Source: Marsupella aquatica
Taxonomy: Eukaryota; Plantae; Marchantiophyta
Reading direction: 5' to 3'
Assembly: GCA_973895155.1 (NCBI GenBank)
Contig: OZ316899.1
Coordinates: 6,823,241 to 6,887,240 of the forward strand
DNA length: 64,000 nt
Below are positions 21,776 through 33,542 of the stretch, piece by piece (within the stretch, counting starts at the first letter, position 1; each line of letters opens with the position of its first letter). The notes under the pieces were generated by a model. That model saw only the letters and a list, made by a program, of their open reading frames with translations, was not told where the DNA came from and did no database searches. Made by a program: the position numbers and the translations under genes.

Positions 21776-22225
21776 CTACAGCGTGTGATCCAAACATGTG
21801 TAGACACCAAAAGCACCAGTGGTGGGGTCTGGGAGGCCAGAACAAGTGACATCGCCAGGCACACTACAGGATGGCGAGTGGTTCCAGATGATACATTGTG
21901 CTCTATGCAAAAATCGACATCCAAGAGAACGGTCATCCAACTCTGGGCCAGATGCCCGACAGGCAGGACAGTCATATTGGCAACTGTGTACACACCCTTG
22001 GGCCCTAATTTGTGGCGGGTCATGTACGAGAGACAGAAATACCAAGGATGTTGGGAAGGGTGGAGAAGTAGGTACAGGCCGGCTGTAGTTATTCCTGGCA
22101 ACAACAGGGTACTCAAAGTACCATGCAGACTGGGCAGGAAGGATCCCAAGTCTGACATACTCAAGGCACAACCTCTCTGCCTTGCGTGCAAGCCGCACAT
22201 GTTCAGCATTGTGGGTGCTCACCAT
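21776..22225 (-). CDS. CACTA cargo: Cys/His-rich ORF of unknown function, probably decayed
   Basis: GCVHSCQYDCPAC...CRFLHRAQC...C; co-oriented with the other cargo ORFs; its 5' part is conserved in the sister copy at 1-200. Confidence 0.4.
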   Translation of the reverse strand: MVSTHNAEHVRLARKAERLCLEYVRLGILPAQSAWYFEYPVVARNNYSRPVPTSPPFPTSLVFLSLVHDPPQIRAQGCVHSCQYDCPACRASGPELDDRSLGCRFLHRAQCIIWNHSPSCSVPGDVTCSGLPDPTTGAFGVYTCLDHTL

Positions 22226-24209
22226 AACTGTTGCTTTTGTTCAGATGTCTTGTGTTCACGTCCTCCAACGTCCTTTGATCAGCAAGGTGAGCAGGAGCTG
22301 TACTTGCCTCACCAACAACAACCAACCTGAACTTATCAATTCCCACTCACTGTGTCATTCCCTTGGTTCCAACTAGAGGTCATAGTATAAACATAGCATG
22401 AAACACTCCTAATGAACAATGTTGCAAAGTACAATATCCAGAAAGACTGAAAGTCTCACCCTGCAGTGAGCAACAGAGAGGTAGTTCACTGCTTGCAAGA
22501 GTGAACTGAGTAGGAGTGTAGGCAGACTGGCATTCAGTTGGCACAACTATATTGTGCATCAGCACAAAAGCTCTTATGAACATGATATGCATGAAACTCG
22601 TCGATAAAATAGAAGGAAACTAAAGAGTGGATGCAAAACAAAGCAAATTACAGCACAGGTCGGCACAGGAAGTGGCCCGCAGCACTCAGTCAAACTTCAT
22701 AACCAAAGTACAGACTGTGTTCACAATAAGGAGCTTCCTAAAAAAGAGGCGGGTGGCAGAAAGGTCACTTGACAAAATGAAGATGGGATGAAAAAACTGC
22801 CGCCAAGCTCAATACATGTGACCAAATATATATTCAAAGAGGATCCCCAACAGAGCAGAAGACACTATGATCCCAATTACTATGTTCTATCCATAACTAC
22901 ACGATCTGAAAAATGTTATGAGCAGACATGAAGAAGCCAGCAAAATAGAGGAAACAGAGCAAAACAGAGCATGGATCGAGAAAATGAACAACATCTAGTT
23001 CTTACGCAAGAAACTCAGTGACAGCAAACAAATTCACTAGCCCCAGGAAGTGAAAAGCAAATGAGTACCAAGCCAACCAACTAAGACTGACTATGAAATG
23101 CAAGTGACATCATTTCAACCAAAAAATACAATAAAGCACTTAGGCAACATTAATATAGAAGTGTAGTGGAATTATATCATGCGACAGATAGTACTTGGTT
23201 CTACCTAAGGTGTACAGGCATACTGCCCTCAGGTAGAATGTGTATGCAGTTACATACACATGAGGATCCCCAACAAAGCACACAACAATATGATCTGAAT
23301 TCCCAATTACTCTGTTCTGTCCATACCTATGTTCATCAAAAAATGTTATGAGCAGACATTGAGAAGCTAGCAAAATAGAGGAGCCAATCGAAGCCAAAAT
23401 ACTACATTCAAATACAAGCTCACAAATAGGACTGAATTAGAACTCTTGCCTTTTTGCACTCCACCTGCACCAAAATGAAGTCTTAATACCAGGGACACAA
23501 AGAACACAAAACAAATGCCTGAGCACATTCAAAGACAAAGTGATTCATGAATAGCACATTCAAAGACAGAGCGGAAAGAATTGAAAAAACCTGAGTGCAA
23601 CAATTGTTCACACACGCACGGGACATTGGAGGTTGAATACAGCAGTCACCGCCAAGAATGTATGCATGAAACAGACATGAAGATATCGAATATGCATATG
23701 CATTCCAGACTTTCATGCCAGACAGTGGCGAAAGTTAAAATGAACTAGTTTTGACTTTATGACTCTCAGAATGAAAATATTTTATTTCAGAATTATATTC
23801 TATTTCAGAATTGGTTCAACTCTGTGGATTGTGAACTGTCCCACTTGGAATTCCACTATTTGGGCTATCTAAGAATGCAGTTCAAAGGACATACAGTGCA
23901 AGACAGTTAGAGATCATGTCTTCATTCCGACGTCCAATTGGACATTTTATGTCACAAACTGCGCATGCAATGAAGTCCATGGAATTGTCTCAAAAATGCA
24001 GCTTTTGTTGTTGGTAAAAGCAACTACAAGTTTCCTATTGAGTGCCCCCGACGCACAATACTACCAGAGGCCCACTTTAGACTGCAATGGCTGTCATTAC
24101 TTATTGGGAACTCGGATGCATATATGTTGAAATGCTTCGCAGAGTGTTCCGACCACAAAAAACCTAACATCAATCTCAACATTCAGTCCTGTCTCAGAAT
24201 TGATTTAGA
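22026..24209. repeat. Internal CACTA segment, direct repeat of 1-1965
   Basis: See 1-1965. Ends at the uninterrupted AGA target site (24207-24209). Confidence 0.9.
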
Positions 24210-26376
24210 GGAGGCTTAGCATTCAATACAGTGTCAACAATCAGTCTTGTCTTCACATTCAACATCCGATTGCAAGGGGCTTTGATGAAAGCACAAGACA
24301 GAGCTATAGAAGAAGAGACAGAGGAAGGCACCTGTGTGTTCGGGGAAAATGTGAAGCTCCAAAGACCACCCTAAACTCTCCAAGATGTAGGGTCGATGTA
24401 GGTGGCAAGTAGAAGCTCACAAGCCAAATATTGGGCGAATGTGGGCTCCAATTGTACTGTAGTGTGTCATGGCTCTGCTCCTGCCTCCTATAGCTTAGAA
24501 TGGGCCGGGGGTTACCAAACAACTGTTATTCTATTGAAATTGGCTACAGAGAACTCTTGTCTTTCTACACTCCACCTGCACCAAAGTGAAGTCTTAGTAC
24601 CAGTGAGACCAAGAACACAAAAGGAAGGGGCACATTCAAAGACAAAGTGATTCATACCACATTCAAAGACAAAGCGGAAAGAATTGGAAAAACCAGAGTG
24701 AAAGAATTGCGAATGAATATCTGTTCACACTGTATGCACGGGATCTTACATTTAGGGTGACTCTATTTGCAAAAGCCATAAAACAGAGAAACAAAGACCA
24801 GAAAACAAAGAAACAGAGACCAGAAAACAGAGAAACAAATTAAGCATGCATCGCTGAAACGTAAAAACTTCACAGTGTATCATTTCTCTAAACAAAGGGC
24901 CACATACTCTGGTCTCTATAGAGAAAGCAAATCCAGCTACGATGAGAAGATTGGTACAGAACAGGAGAGAAAAGGGAGACCAGAACAAGTATTTAAAATT
25001 AGAACAAGAAGACTGGCAATTTAAGGAACCCTAGGGAGCCTATTGCATTTGAATCACATACAGGACCCTAGCATACTCATAGTGGGGCACTAGATACTGG
25101 GCAAACTCAAGGTAATGGTCAGAATGAAACTAGAAAGGTCTTGAAGTTGCCAGGTCCCGCAGTTGCCAGGTCCCGCCTCGTTCCTCTTGCACTTTGCAGA
25201 AAACAAGATGCAGAAAACTAACCTATAGCTCCAACCGGCTGTAGTTGACTGAGCTGCAGCAAGTTATGAAGACAGGTCGTCCCCAGTGGCACCTTGTCCC
25301 TGCCTTTAGCTCGTCCTTCACCGCAAGTCTTAGAGCTGCTCAGCAAACACAGCAGCTCGGCACCACAGCTAATAGATGGCTAAATAATGGGATCATGTGC
25401 AAAGGGAAATGAGCCATGAAGCGAAGGGAAGCGATCAGTTCCGGCACCCAATAGCTGAAATGACCTCACTGACAGTTGGCATCTATGCAGATAGATCGAG
25501 GTCTTGTCACTAAGTTAGACACAATTTATGGTGAGAGTGTGAGTGTGAGTGTGAGGTTCCAGAGAAGGCTAAAGGACCTCTGCAATGCAAAATGTGGTGC
25601 GAATGGAGCCGCGAGGTGAACAATAAGTTGGTGATAAAACCGGGCAGCATACATAACACCAGACCAAAGACACAAATGACCAAACCAAAAGACGCTTTCA
25701 CCAACAATGCATATTCAGGACATGAGTGAATGGAAAGAAGCAAGAGAGATACAGGGATTACAAAAAAAGACTAGGCCCTCATCTGTCCAGACTTCTGTAG
25801 GACTCCACTAACTCCATTGTCCTTCTCAGATCCCCAAGAAGTCCATGAAGCAACGAAGAACCTGGGCAATGTGACGTAAGGACAGTAGCAACAGTACATA
25901 CACATAAGAATGAAAGGCTGGTTCGGGGCAGCACAAGCAAGCAATGCGACCCCCTTTCACTCACCATCCCATGACCAATGATAACGGATGAAAAACTGAA
26001 CCTGAAATCTGGGTCGCGCGTTCGACCTGAAAGTGGTCAGCTCCAAGGCTACCTACCTACCCCTTCATTGCTCCGCAGCTGAGCTCAATGAAGTATAGAA
26101 AGTGGGTGAGGATCCCGTCATAGTTCAGCTCCTGTGCCCTCATGGCATTTGAAACAAAAAGAGCCAAAACCAATGCAGAACCTCAGTAGGATGAACGACT
26201 CCCCGACAGAGACTAGTCCCTTCTCTCCGGCAGCTCACAAATCCACAATTGCAATGGTTCTGCTCAGTCAGCCAAGAACACCCTAAAATCTACGAAAACA
26301 ATGGGCGACAGAGGAGTTTGTAAGTGATTCTCACTTGAAATTCCGCCAGCTGAATCTTCCTTGTTAGAAGGTCTGC

Positions 26377-26905
26377 TAACTCCGCAGAATGACTCCCGGA
26401 TGATTAGAGCAACGTAAGTGGCAGAGCTCACTCCCTCTGAATGTCTCTACTCATCAAAGAGTAGAGCTCCTCCCACCTTTGACCTCCCCAACTCCCCAAA
26501 GGTCAGTGGCATCTGCGCAGTCACCTCCTTCGCACACTGCAATCGCTTCAAATCCCTCCTCCTAAAGCGCACAATGTTATGCCCAAGCGCGATCAGGTGG
26601 CAGAGTCGACAACAAATTGAGAAAGAGTAACTCGGGAGCAAAGTGATTCAGAGCAGGTGGCTCTTGGTAACTCCGCAGAATGACTAGTAGATGATTAGGG
26701 CAGCGTAAGGACAGAGCTCACTCCCTCTGAATGTCTCTACTCATCATCGAGTAGAGCTCGTCCCACCTTCGACCTCCCCAACTCCCCAAAGGTCAGTGGC
26801 ATCTACGCAAACGAAGCGGGAGCACACCGCAATCGCTTCAATTCCCTCCTCCTAAAGCGCAAAATGTTATGCCCAAGCGCAATCAAGTGGCAGAATCGAC
26901 AGCAG
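26377..26905. repeat. Diverged tandem duplication, ~290-bp period, 2 copies
   Basis: taactccgcagaatgact...gttatgcccaagcgc...cgac occurs at ~26377 and again at ~26668. Confidence 0.85.
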
Positions 26906-26999
26906 CAAACCAAAGATCTTTGGTTCTTAGCCCTAAACACCCCGGTTTCTGCTGCTGTGATTACAACATGCAACCCCGCCTATGCTGCTATAACAAATT

Positions 27000-29900
27000 C
27001 TGACGCGCGGCTCTTTGGGAGCTTGATTATGACTGTACCCAATTCCACCTCCACTAATTTGGAGTGTGAACCTGGGGACTCTTTGCCTGTGCCAGAAGTT
27101 TGACCTTTTGTTGAACTCCTGCCCCCCCACCAAGAGAGTATCCCTCGTATTATTCAAGACTTACAAGCGACAAACCTTTCCCTGAGTTCCCACCCACCGC
27201 ATGAGCTGGATGGAACTTCTGAGGAAAAGGACGAGATGGAAGATGAGGCCTTTGCGTTGGATCTACCCTCGGACATGGAAGTGTCTGAGTATGAAGGCTT
27301 TATCTCACGCACAACTATTAAGAAGGACAGGGCTAGGAAATTGGCTCGGTGCTCCCCTCCGGAGGATAGGAAAAAGGAGAAGGGGAAGAAAAAGGCTAAG
27401 AACCAAAGATCCTTATAGTTTGTGGCTGATTGAAATTGCAGGGCTCCGGAGGAGTGAACCCACTTGGAAGGAGGCTGTCTAGAGACCATGGTGGTGCTGC
27501 GGATGCCACTTCGCTGTCAAGCATGGAACGATCCACCACCCCTAAGAAAGTTTTCTGCAATGGAGATTTGCCTGCCTCCATTTGACACGGCTGCCTTGGC
27601 GCCCCCCCCCCCTCTCCTCCCTAGAATTAATTTTCTTGGGCTGGGTGGTGTGAATTTTCTATGACGGACATGGGACTTTTCAATTTTGCCTCATGGAATG
27701 TTTGTGGTCTTTGCAACCCTATCCGTAAGAATGTGGTCCTTAAATGGGTTTCTTCTGTTTGCCCTTCCCTGGACGCTCTTGCCTTGCAGGAATTGAAAGC
27801 CGACTCCTTCAGATTGGATAATGCTCTCCGCACTATTCTCCCCTCTTACAATTTCTTTTACTCTGCCCCTGAGGAGGGCCGCGGAGGTGCTGCCATTTTG
27901 ATCAACCCGGCTTTCAAAGTAACTTCCAATGGCACTGTTGGGGGAGGTCGTGCTGTGTGGGTACAACTGGAGCATCCGGAGGGCAATTTTGGCTTTCTCA
28001 GCGTGTACGCACCCAACTCCACTGGTGATCGGATCTTGTTGTGGAACGACCTTCTCAACGTGCTGCCCCACAATCAATGGATCATTGGTGGAGATTTCAA
28101 CATGACTGAGAGCCGCTCTGACTCTACGGGCCTGTCCCCTCTTCTTTGGGGCAGGAAATTGGAATTTTGGCGCTTCTTACAAATCCGTTTTGATTAGCCA
28201 GATGTCAGGAATATTTTGGGCTCGGTGTTGGGGTCTCTTTTTACCTGGCACAGGGTTCGCAATGGTAGGCTCTTTCAATCCCGGCTTGACCACTTCTACA
28301 TTAGTGAGAAGGGGCTATGGATTGAAGACATTCTTGAGCTTCAGCATGACGGATCATCTGCCCTCTCGGACCATGATCCTGTTCTCATTTCTTTTCAACT
28401 CACACCCATCCGCCCAGCTGCATCGGGTTGCAAAAGAGCTACCTACTTTAAGGCCAATCCTACGTGCTCAGGGGCACGGGTAATTTGGATTTGTTGGCTG
28501 TTGCTTGGCTGGGGGATTCCGATCCCCCTCTCGACCCCCACCTAAGATTTTCCACTGCCTACCAGAGATTTAGAAGATGCTACATGGACCTATAGTCTAC
28601 TCCGATTCCCACGGAGGCGGAAATGGAAAGATTGAGGAATAAGTTGCGCATTCTAAAAGTGGCAATTATGGAAGACTATTCACCATACACCCTTTTGGAA
28701 TTTCACTCTACTGACGCTTGTGTCCGTGAGGTGGAGTTGGAGGATGCTCACCACTATCAAAGACTGTCTAGAATCAATTGGCTAGGGCATGGAGATGAAC
28801 CATCCAAGTTCTACTTTGCAAAGGTGAAAGCCAAGCGCTCTTATCATCGAGGATGGAGTTTCTTATCATCAAGGATGGAGTTTCTTATCATCGAGGATCG
28901 AGTTTCTTATCATCGAGGATGGAGTTGAGATCCGGGAGGAGAAATTGGTAATACGAGAAGTTCAGAGGTACTATGAGTCACATACTCCCCCACTGTGCAG
29001 ACTTTTCAGGAGTTGACTGAGATGCGGGCTGCTCACCGCAGACTTTAAGAGCATACACATTTTTCCCCTTTGGCGACTGAAAACAAAAGATTAGAGGCAC
29101 TACCATCATTGAAGGAGCTGCATGAGATCCTTTTGATTCTACCCTATGACAAGGCACTTGGTATAGATGGGATGACTGCTGAAGTTCTACGCTCTTGCTG
29201 GGAGTTTATGAAAGCCGACCTCTATGCCATGGTCTGTGATTTCTAGAGGACTGGTCATCTTGCTTCCGGAATCAAGGATGGGGTAATTGGATTCATTCCC
29301 AAAAAAACTGATAAGAGAAGACTTAGAGATTGGAGGCCGTTGACCATGTTAACCATCACGTACAAACTCATTGCCAAACTGCTTGCAGTGAGATTGAAAG
29401 CCCTCCTCTCACAACTGATAGATCCTCAGCAAACCGGCTTAATTCATTCCGAGCCGCCATATTCTTGAGAACATTTTGCTGGCATGGTTGGTGAACGAGT
29501 GGATCAACTTAACTCAAACACCTGCGTTGTTTCTGCAATTTGATTTTGAGAAGACTTTCGATAGGGTCGATCACTCATACATCTGGGAAACTATGAACCT
29601 GCTGGGCCTGAGCTCTCGCTTCATCTTCTTGATAACTTCGATGTTGAGTAATGCTTGTTCTAAGGTCCTGGTGAATGGACTATGGACTGAGAATATTGGC
29701 ATGACCCGTGGGGTGCGACAAGGATGTCCTCTCTCACCTCTACTGTTTGCTATCTCCACACAACCTTTCATGGACTTTTATCATGTTGAAATTGATGCTG
29801 GTCGACTGCAGGGGCTACAAATTGCCCCTTCTTTGAATATTTCCTTTCGCCTTTTTGCTGATGATCTGGGTTTCTTTACCCCTGCCACTGCTGTCGCTGT

Positions 29901-30908
29901 TGATCAGGCTCGGGGAGCTCTTGGCTGCTACAAATCCGCAACGGATGCTAAGATCAATTGGGACAAGTCAACTATTATCCCTCTCTCAGTGAAGGGAATC
30001 CCCCCTTGGCTCCGTGCTACTGGCTGCAGGATTAGCGAGCGAGGTTCTGTTCAGCGCTATCTGGGGGGCCCTTTTGGCTGTGATCTATCTGAGAATCAGC
30101 TGCATGATTTTGTTCTCAACCATATTGGTCCCTGCTTATCTTCTTGGTCTACTCGATTCCTTTCTTTCACTGGGCGTCTGATGCTGCTTTGCATGTTCTC
30201 CAAGCCATCCCGATCTATCATATGATGTTCCTCCGATCTCCTGTCTCCCTCACAAAGAAACTAACAGTTCTTAATCACATCTTCTTGTGAGGCTCTAACC
30301 CGGGCAGGGGTCAAAGAATACCGCTGGTTGCATGGGACAAGATGGCCCGGCCCAGGTGTGAAGGTGGACTTGGCCTAAAGGATTTAAATCCCACTCTGAT
30401 GCTCTGTTAAGCAAATGGTTTACTAGTGCAGCGCTTGACCATCCTGATTCCGAATGGGCCCAGATGCTTGCTGTGAACCTCAATCTAACAAAGTGGCGCA
30501 ACTATAAGACCATTCGTCGTAACTGCTACTCTCTGGCTGACAAGCTGTTACTAAGTACCCCCGATCTTTCGGGAAACTTGACTACACAGGAAGGTCGTGG
30601 AGCTCTTGGGTGCTGGTAAGAGAAAACCTCATTTTCTATCGTGGCGCCCTTGTCATCCCTGGACATTGGGGTATGGAAGATATGTTGAGATGCTTGCTAG
30701 GTTTTTACAACCTGCCTGAATGCACCATAATGGAAGTTATCAAAGCCTATGGGCAACTTGGATTGAGGACTGTGAGAGATCTCTAGTCCCCGGGTGATGA
30801 CTCTTGGAGGAATATTGCAGACCGGCTGTCTCGACTGTGGGGTCTCACTGTCATGGGACGTCAACAATGCTTACTTCTTACTGACACCATTCACAGATCT
30901 CATATTGG
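27000..30908 (+). mobile_element. Decayed L1-clade LINE (ORF1 remnant, APE endonuclease, RT), 3' end truncated
   Basis: FASWNVCGL, LALQELK, SVYAPN, IIGGDFN, SRLDHFY and SDHDPV (endonuclease, 27661-28400); FDFEKTFDRVDH, GVRQGCPLSPLLF, LFADD and RYLG (RT, 29100-30225); many stops and frameshifts. Confidence 0.88.
28839..28926. repeat. 22-bp tandem repeat, 4 copies, inside LINE ORF2
   Basis: tcttatcatcgaggatggagtt repeated four times with single-base variants. Confidence 0.92.
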
Positions 30909-32083
30909 TTGGCTGGGGATCCGAACCACCAGCTCCCGCCCCCTCAGGCTGCTTACGCTTATTCCAGGGACCTTTTACTTTCCTAGCTTCCCCCTCAGAT
31001 CCCTTGCCACCAACCTTGGCCAAGTCCGGCCGGTTATTCACCAACGTAGTGGCCTTGTCGAAGGTGTCAAAAAGCGTTTTGAACTTGTGACCTTTTCTTG
31101 TAACTTTTCCTTGAGCAATGGTGGGAGCTTAACTATAAAGTTGTGAAGCTACGTATGTAGGGTCTCTTGCCCTGCCGGGATACATGCGAATTGGTTTTGG
31201 TAATAAGTAATGAACTTTTGGATATCAACCATGAAGCTCATTTCCATTACACATTTTTGAGCGTGCCGCTCCGGGTACTTGCTGGTGACATGAGCACAGA
31301 GACCCTCAACCAGGTTTCCCAAGTTAACGGCAAGGAGGAGTCCTCTGGCAACTTCTTCCAAGACTTTTACCAAGTCAAGGCATAGTCCTTCAGGTAAGGA
31401 GCGATTGCGGTAGCCCAAGTGGAACGCTTAACGCACGCTTGGAGGTGAATCTCCATCGTGGAGAGCCAACTCAGGAACTTTTGTCCATTTTGCTCATAGG
31501 CCCCGTCGTAAGTTGGAGGAGTTGGTAGCTGGTTCACTTGGAACATACTCCATCCAATTACCATTCCCCCCTTGGGACGCGTCGGACTCTGATTACCCAG
31601 ACTAAGCAAGTACTTAATCTGGGCCCCCTTGTTGTGTTCCAACTGCTCATAAATGAGTTGTTGGTCTTGAGTTAACGGACCCAAACCGTCGTTAGCGGCT
31701 GGGCCCTTGCGGGTTATATGAGGACAGTCCTCCAACCATCTTTCCTTTGCAGGCCACCTATCCTTAGGTTCCTTTGTGGATTTTGGTAACATCCCCACGT
31801 CTTGCGGGCACCATGACCTCTCGGGGCTGAGGCATCACCCGCATTGCCCTGGTTTTGCTTAGTGAAATTATCCACGATGACGTCCGGCTTGACATCATCC
31901 TCTGGTTCCGCTTCCAACCCTCTCAAGGTTGGGATCAGTTCTTCCTCTAGGTCTTGACCCTCTTCCTCTGATTCAATTTCTGCATCATCATAGATGTCGT
32001 CGTTGTCCAACCTGTCTTCTGAAGGATCGGCCACCTCCTTCTCTTTAAGTTGACAGCGCTTTGCACTTGATGTGTTCGCTGGG

Positions 32084-33542
32084 AGTGGTTGACCTTGCCA
32101 CCCAACGCCCTCACCAATCCCAGCACCCATGCCTACGTGCCCCTGGTGCCCGAATGCCTCCACGGAATACCTTGAGCAAGCACCCTAGTGCCCCTAGCAC
32201 CACCAGCGGCCCCTCCCATACAAAGCCGCACTTGCTCACTTACACGACCACTAATCAACGGTCCTCACTATCTGCACAAGCAACCAAGCACCTCGGTAAG
32301 ACAGTAACCGTTCAGGATCTAGAACTCGCCAAGTCTAGTATCCTAACTCAAGCTCAACAGATGGTAAATAGGTCAGCAATAAGTCCTCCCGATGCCATAA
32401 ACCGGAACCAGAACCCACGCCCACTGTTTGTCCAGAACAGCTCCTTCCTTGGGCGCGGCCCGGGTTCCCCCTCGTACCTATCCATCATCAACTGACCGCC
32501 CTGACCCCAAGATATGCTCATGGCCCAAAAGGCGTAGCTTGTCCTAAAGCTTGTCCCAACACGCCGGGACCACAAAGGCCCCGCCTCTAGCAACCAACTC
32601 CCAATTTGCGTCACTGACGGTCTAGGGACCAAGCACTCTCGGAACTCAACCTCCACACCTACTTGGCCTTGCCTCCCCAACGCAAGCTCCCTTGGGAGCG
32701 TTCAGCTTGGCTGCTGTTCGGCAGGATTTGGCAAGCAGACGAGTTAACACCTGCAAACCCTGAGAACCCATGGTGCCCTTAGACCCAGCTGAGCTTGAGA
32801 GCTTTCCAATGCATCCAAGAAGTCCTCCAACGAACTTCCCATTGGGAAGATATCGTCATTTCCGTTTGGCGGTTTCCCTTAGTGTCGCGACCGCCGCGGC
32901 TCACGACTTTGGCTCGCCTTTAGCCCCCAAGGAGATACCACTCCCCTCATATATGCTTCTGGAGACCTGTCGCCCCTGGACCAGCTTTGGTCCCTAAACA
33001 TTTGGCCCCCAACCCGAATCATATCGCGCATAATGGACGTGTCACCAACTGGCAACGCCCATAACTTTGTCGTTAGGCATCTGCAAGCGGAGGGCCTTAG
33101 CCCGTTGTGATCGGGCCGACCTAGTGCTCATGCCTAGGTCCTCAGGTCTCATAGTCGCTTGGAGCCCTTGATCGGCCCAACCCGGATCGGGCCATAACTT
33201 GCGCCCCAAGTGTCCGTTGCCCATGGCGTCAACTCCATGGGCCATCGGCCCAAGAGGAGCTCACACTCAAGCCCTCAGAACTCAAAGTCCATCCGGAGGT
33301 CCGGACGGTTGTCCTTGAGCCTGGCCCATTTCCCCTTGACCCGACCAGCTCCCAGCTAGTCTAAATCCTTAGTGTGTGTGGAGCTTGGCTCCTTGCCTTT
33401 GCTAACGCCACATCTCGTTGCCCACCAGTCTCCCCATGCTAAGTCCTCCCCGGACGACCTATCCGGGCTTGGACATAAGGGAGCTCGGCGTCGGAGTCAG
33501 CGACGCCGGAGCTAAGTGTTAAGGTAGTTGAGTTCCGCGACT
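32084..33542 (-). repeat. Chromovirus A2 3' LTR (1459 bp) with AGT...ACT termini
   Basis: Homologous to 48696-49068 + 61829-62905 and to 48301-48390; bounded by the TSD on one side and the PPT on the other. Confidence 0.88.

Larger units (their letters stand above)
1966..24375. mobile_element. Large CACTA/EnSpm DNA transposon (~22 kb including a nested Copia), body internally inverted
   Basis: Two CACTAGTAGAAACCGGGGT termini (1966 and 4056). 3-bp TSD AGA at 1963-1965 and as TCT at 4053-4055. The empty site tgatttAGAggaggc is seen at 24201-24215. TnpD and TnpA remnants and TGACT/AGTCA-rich subterminal regions are present. Confidence 0.85.

Noticed and set aside
18203-22225. PHD, BRCT and F-box ORFs as ordinary host genes next to a transposon
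   Set aside because: They fall inside the TIR/TSD-defined element once the inversion is undone, are domain-only and co-oriented with the transposase, and adjacent sequence recurs in the sister copy.
28839-28926. 22-bp repeats as a CRISPR array
   Set aside because: Head-to-tail with no spacers; a slippage expansion within a dead LINE.
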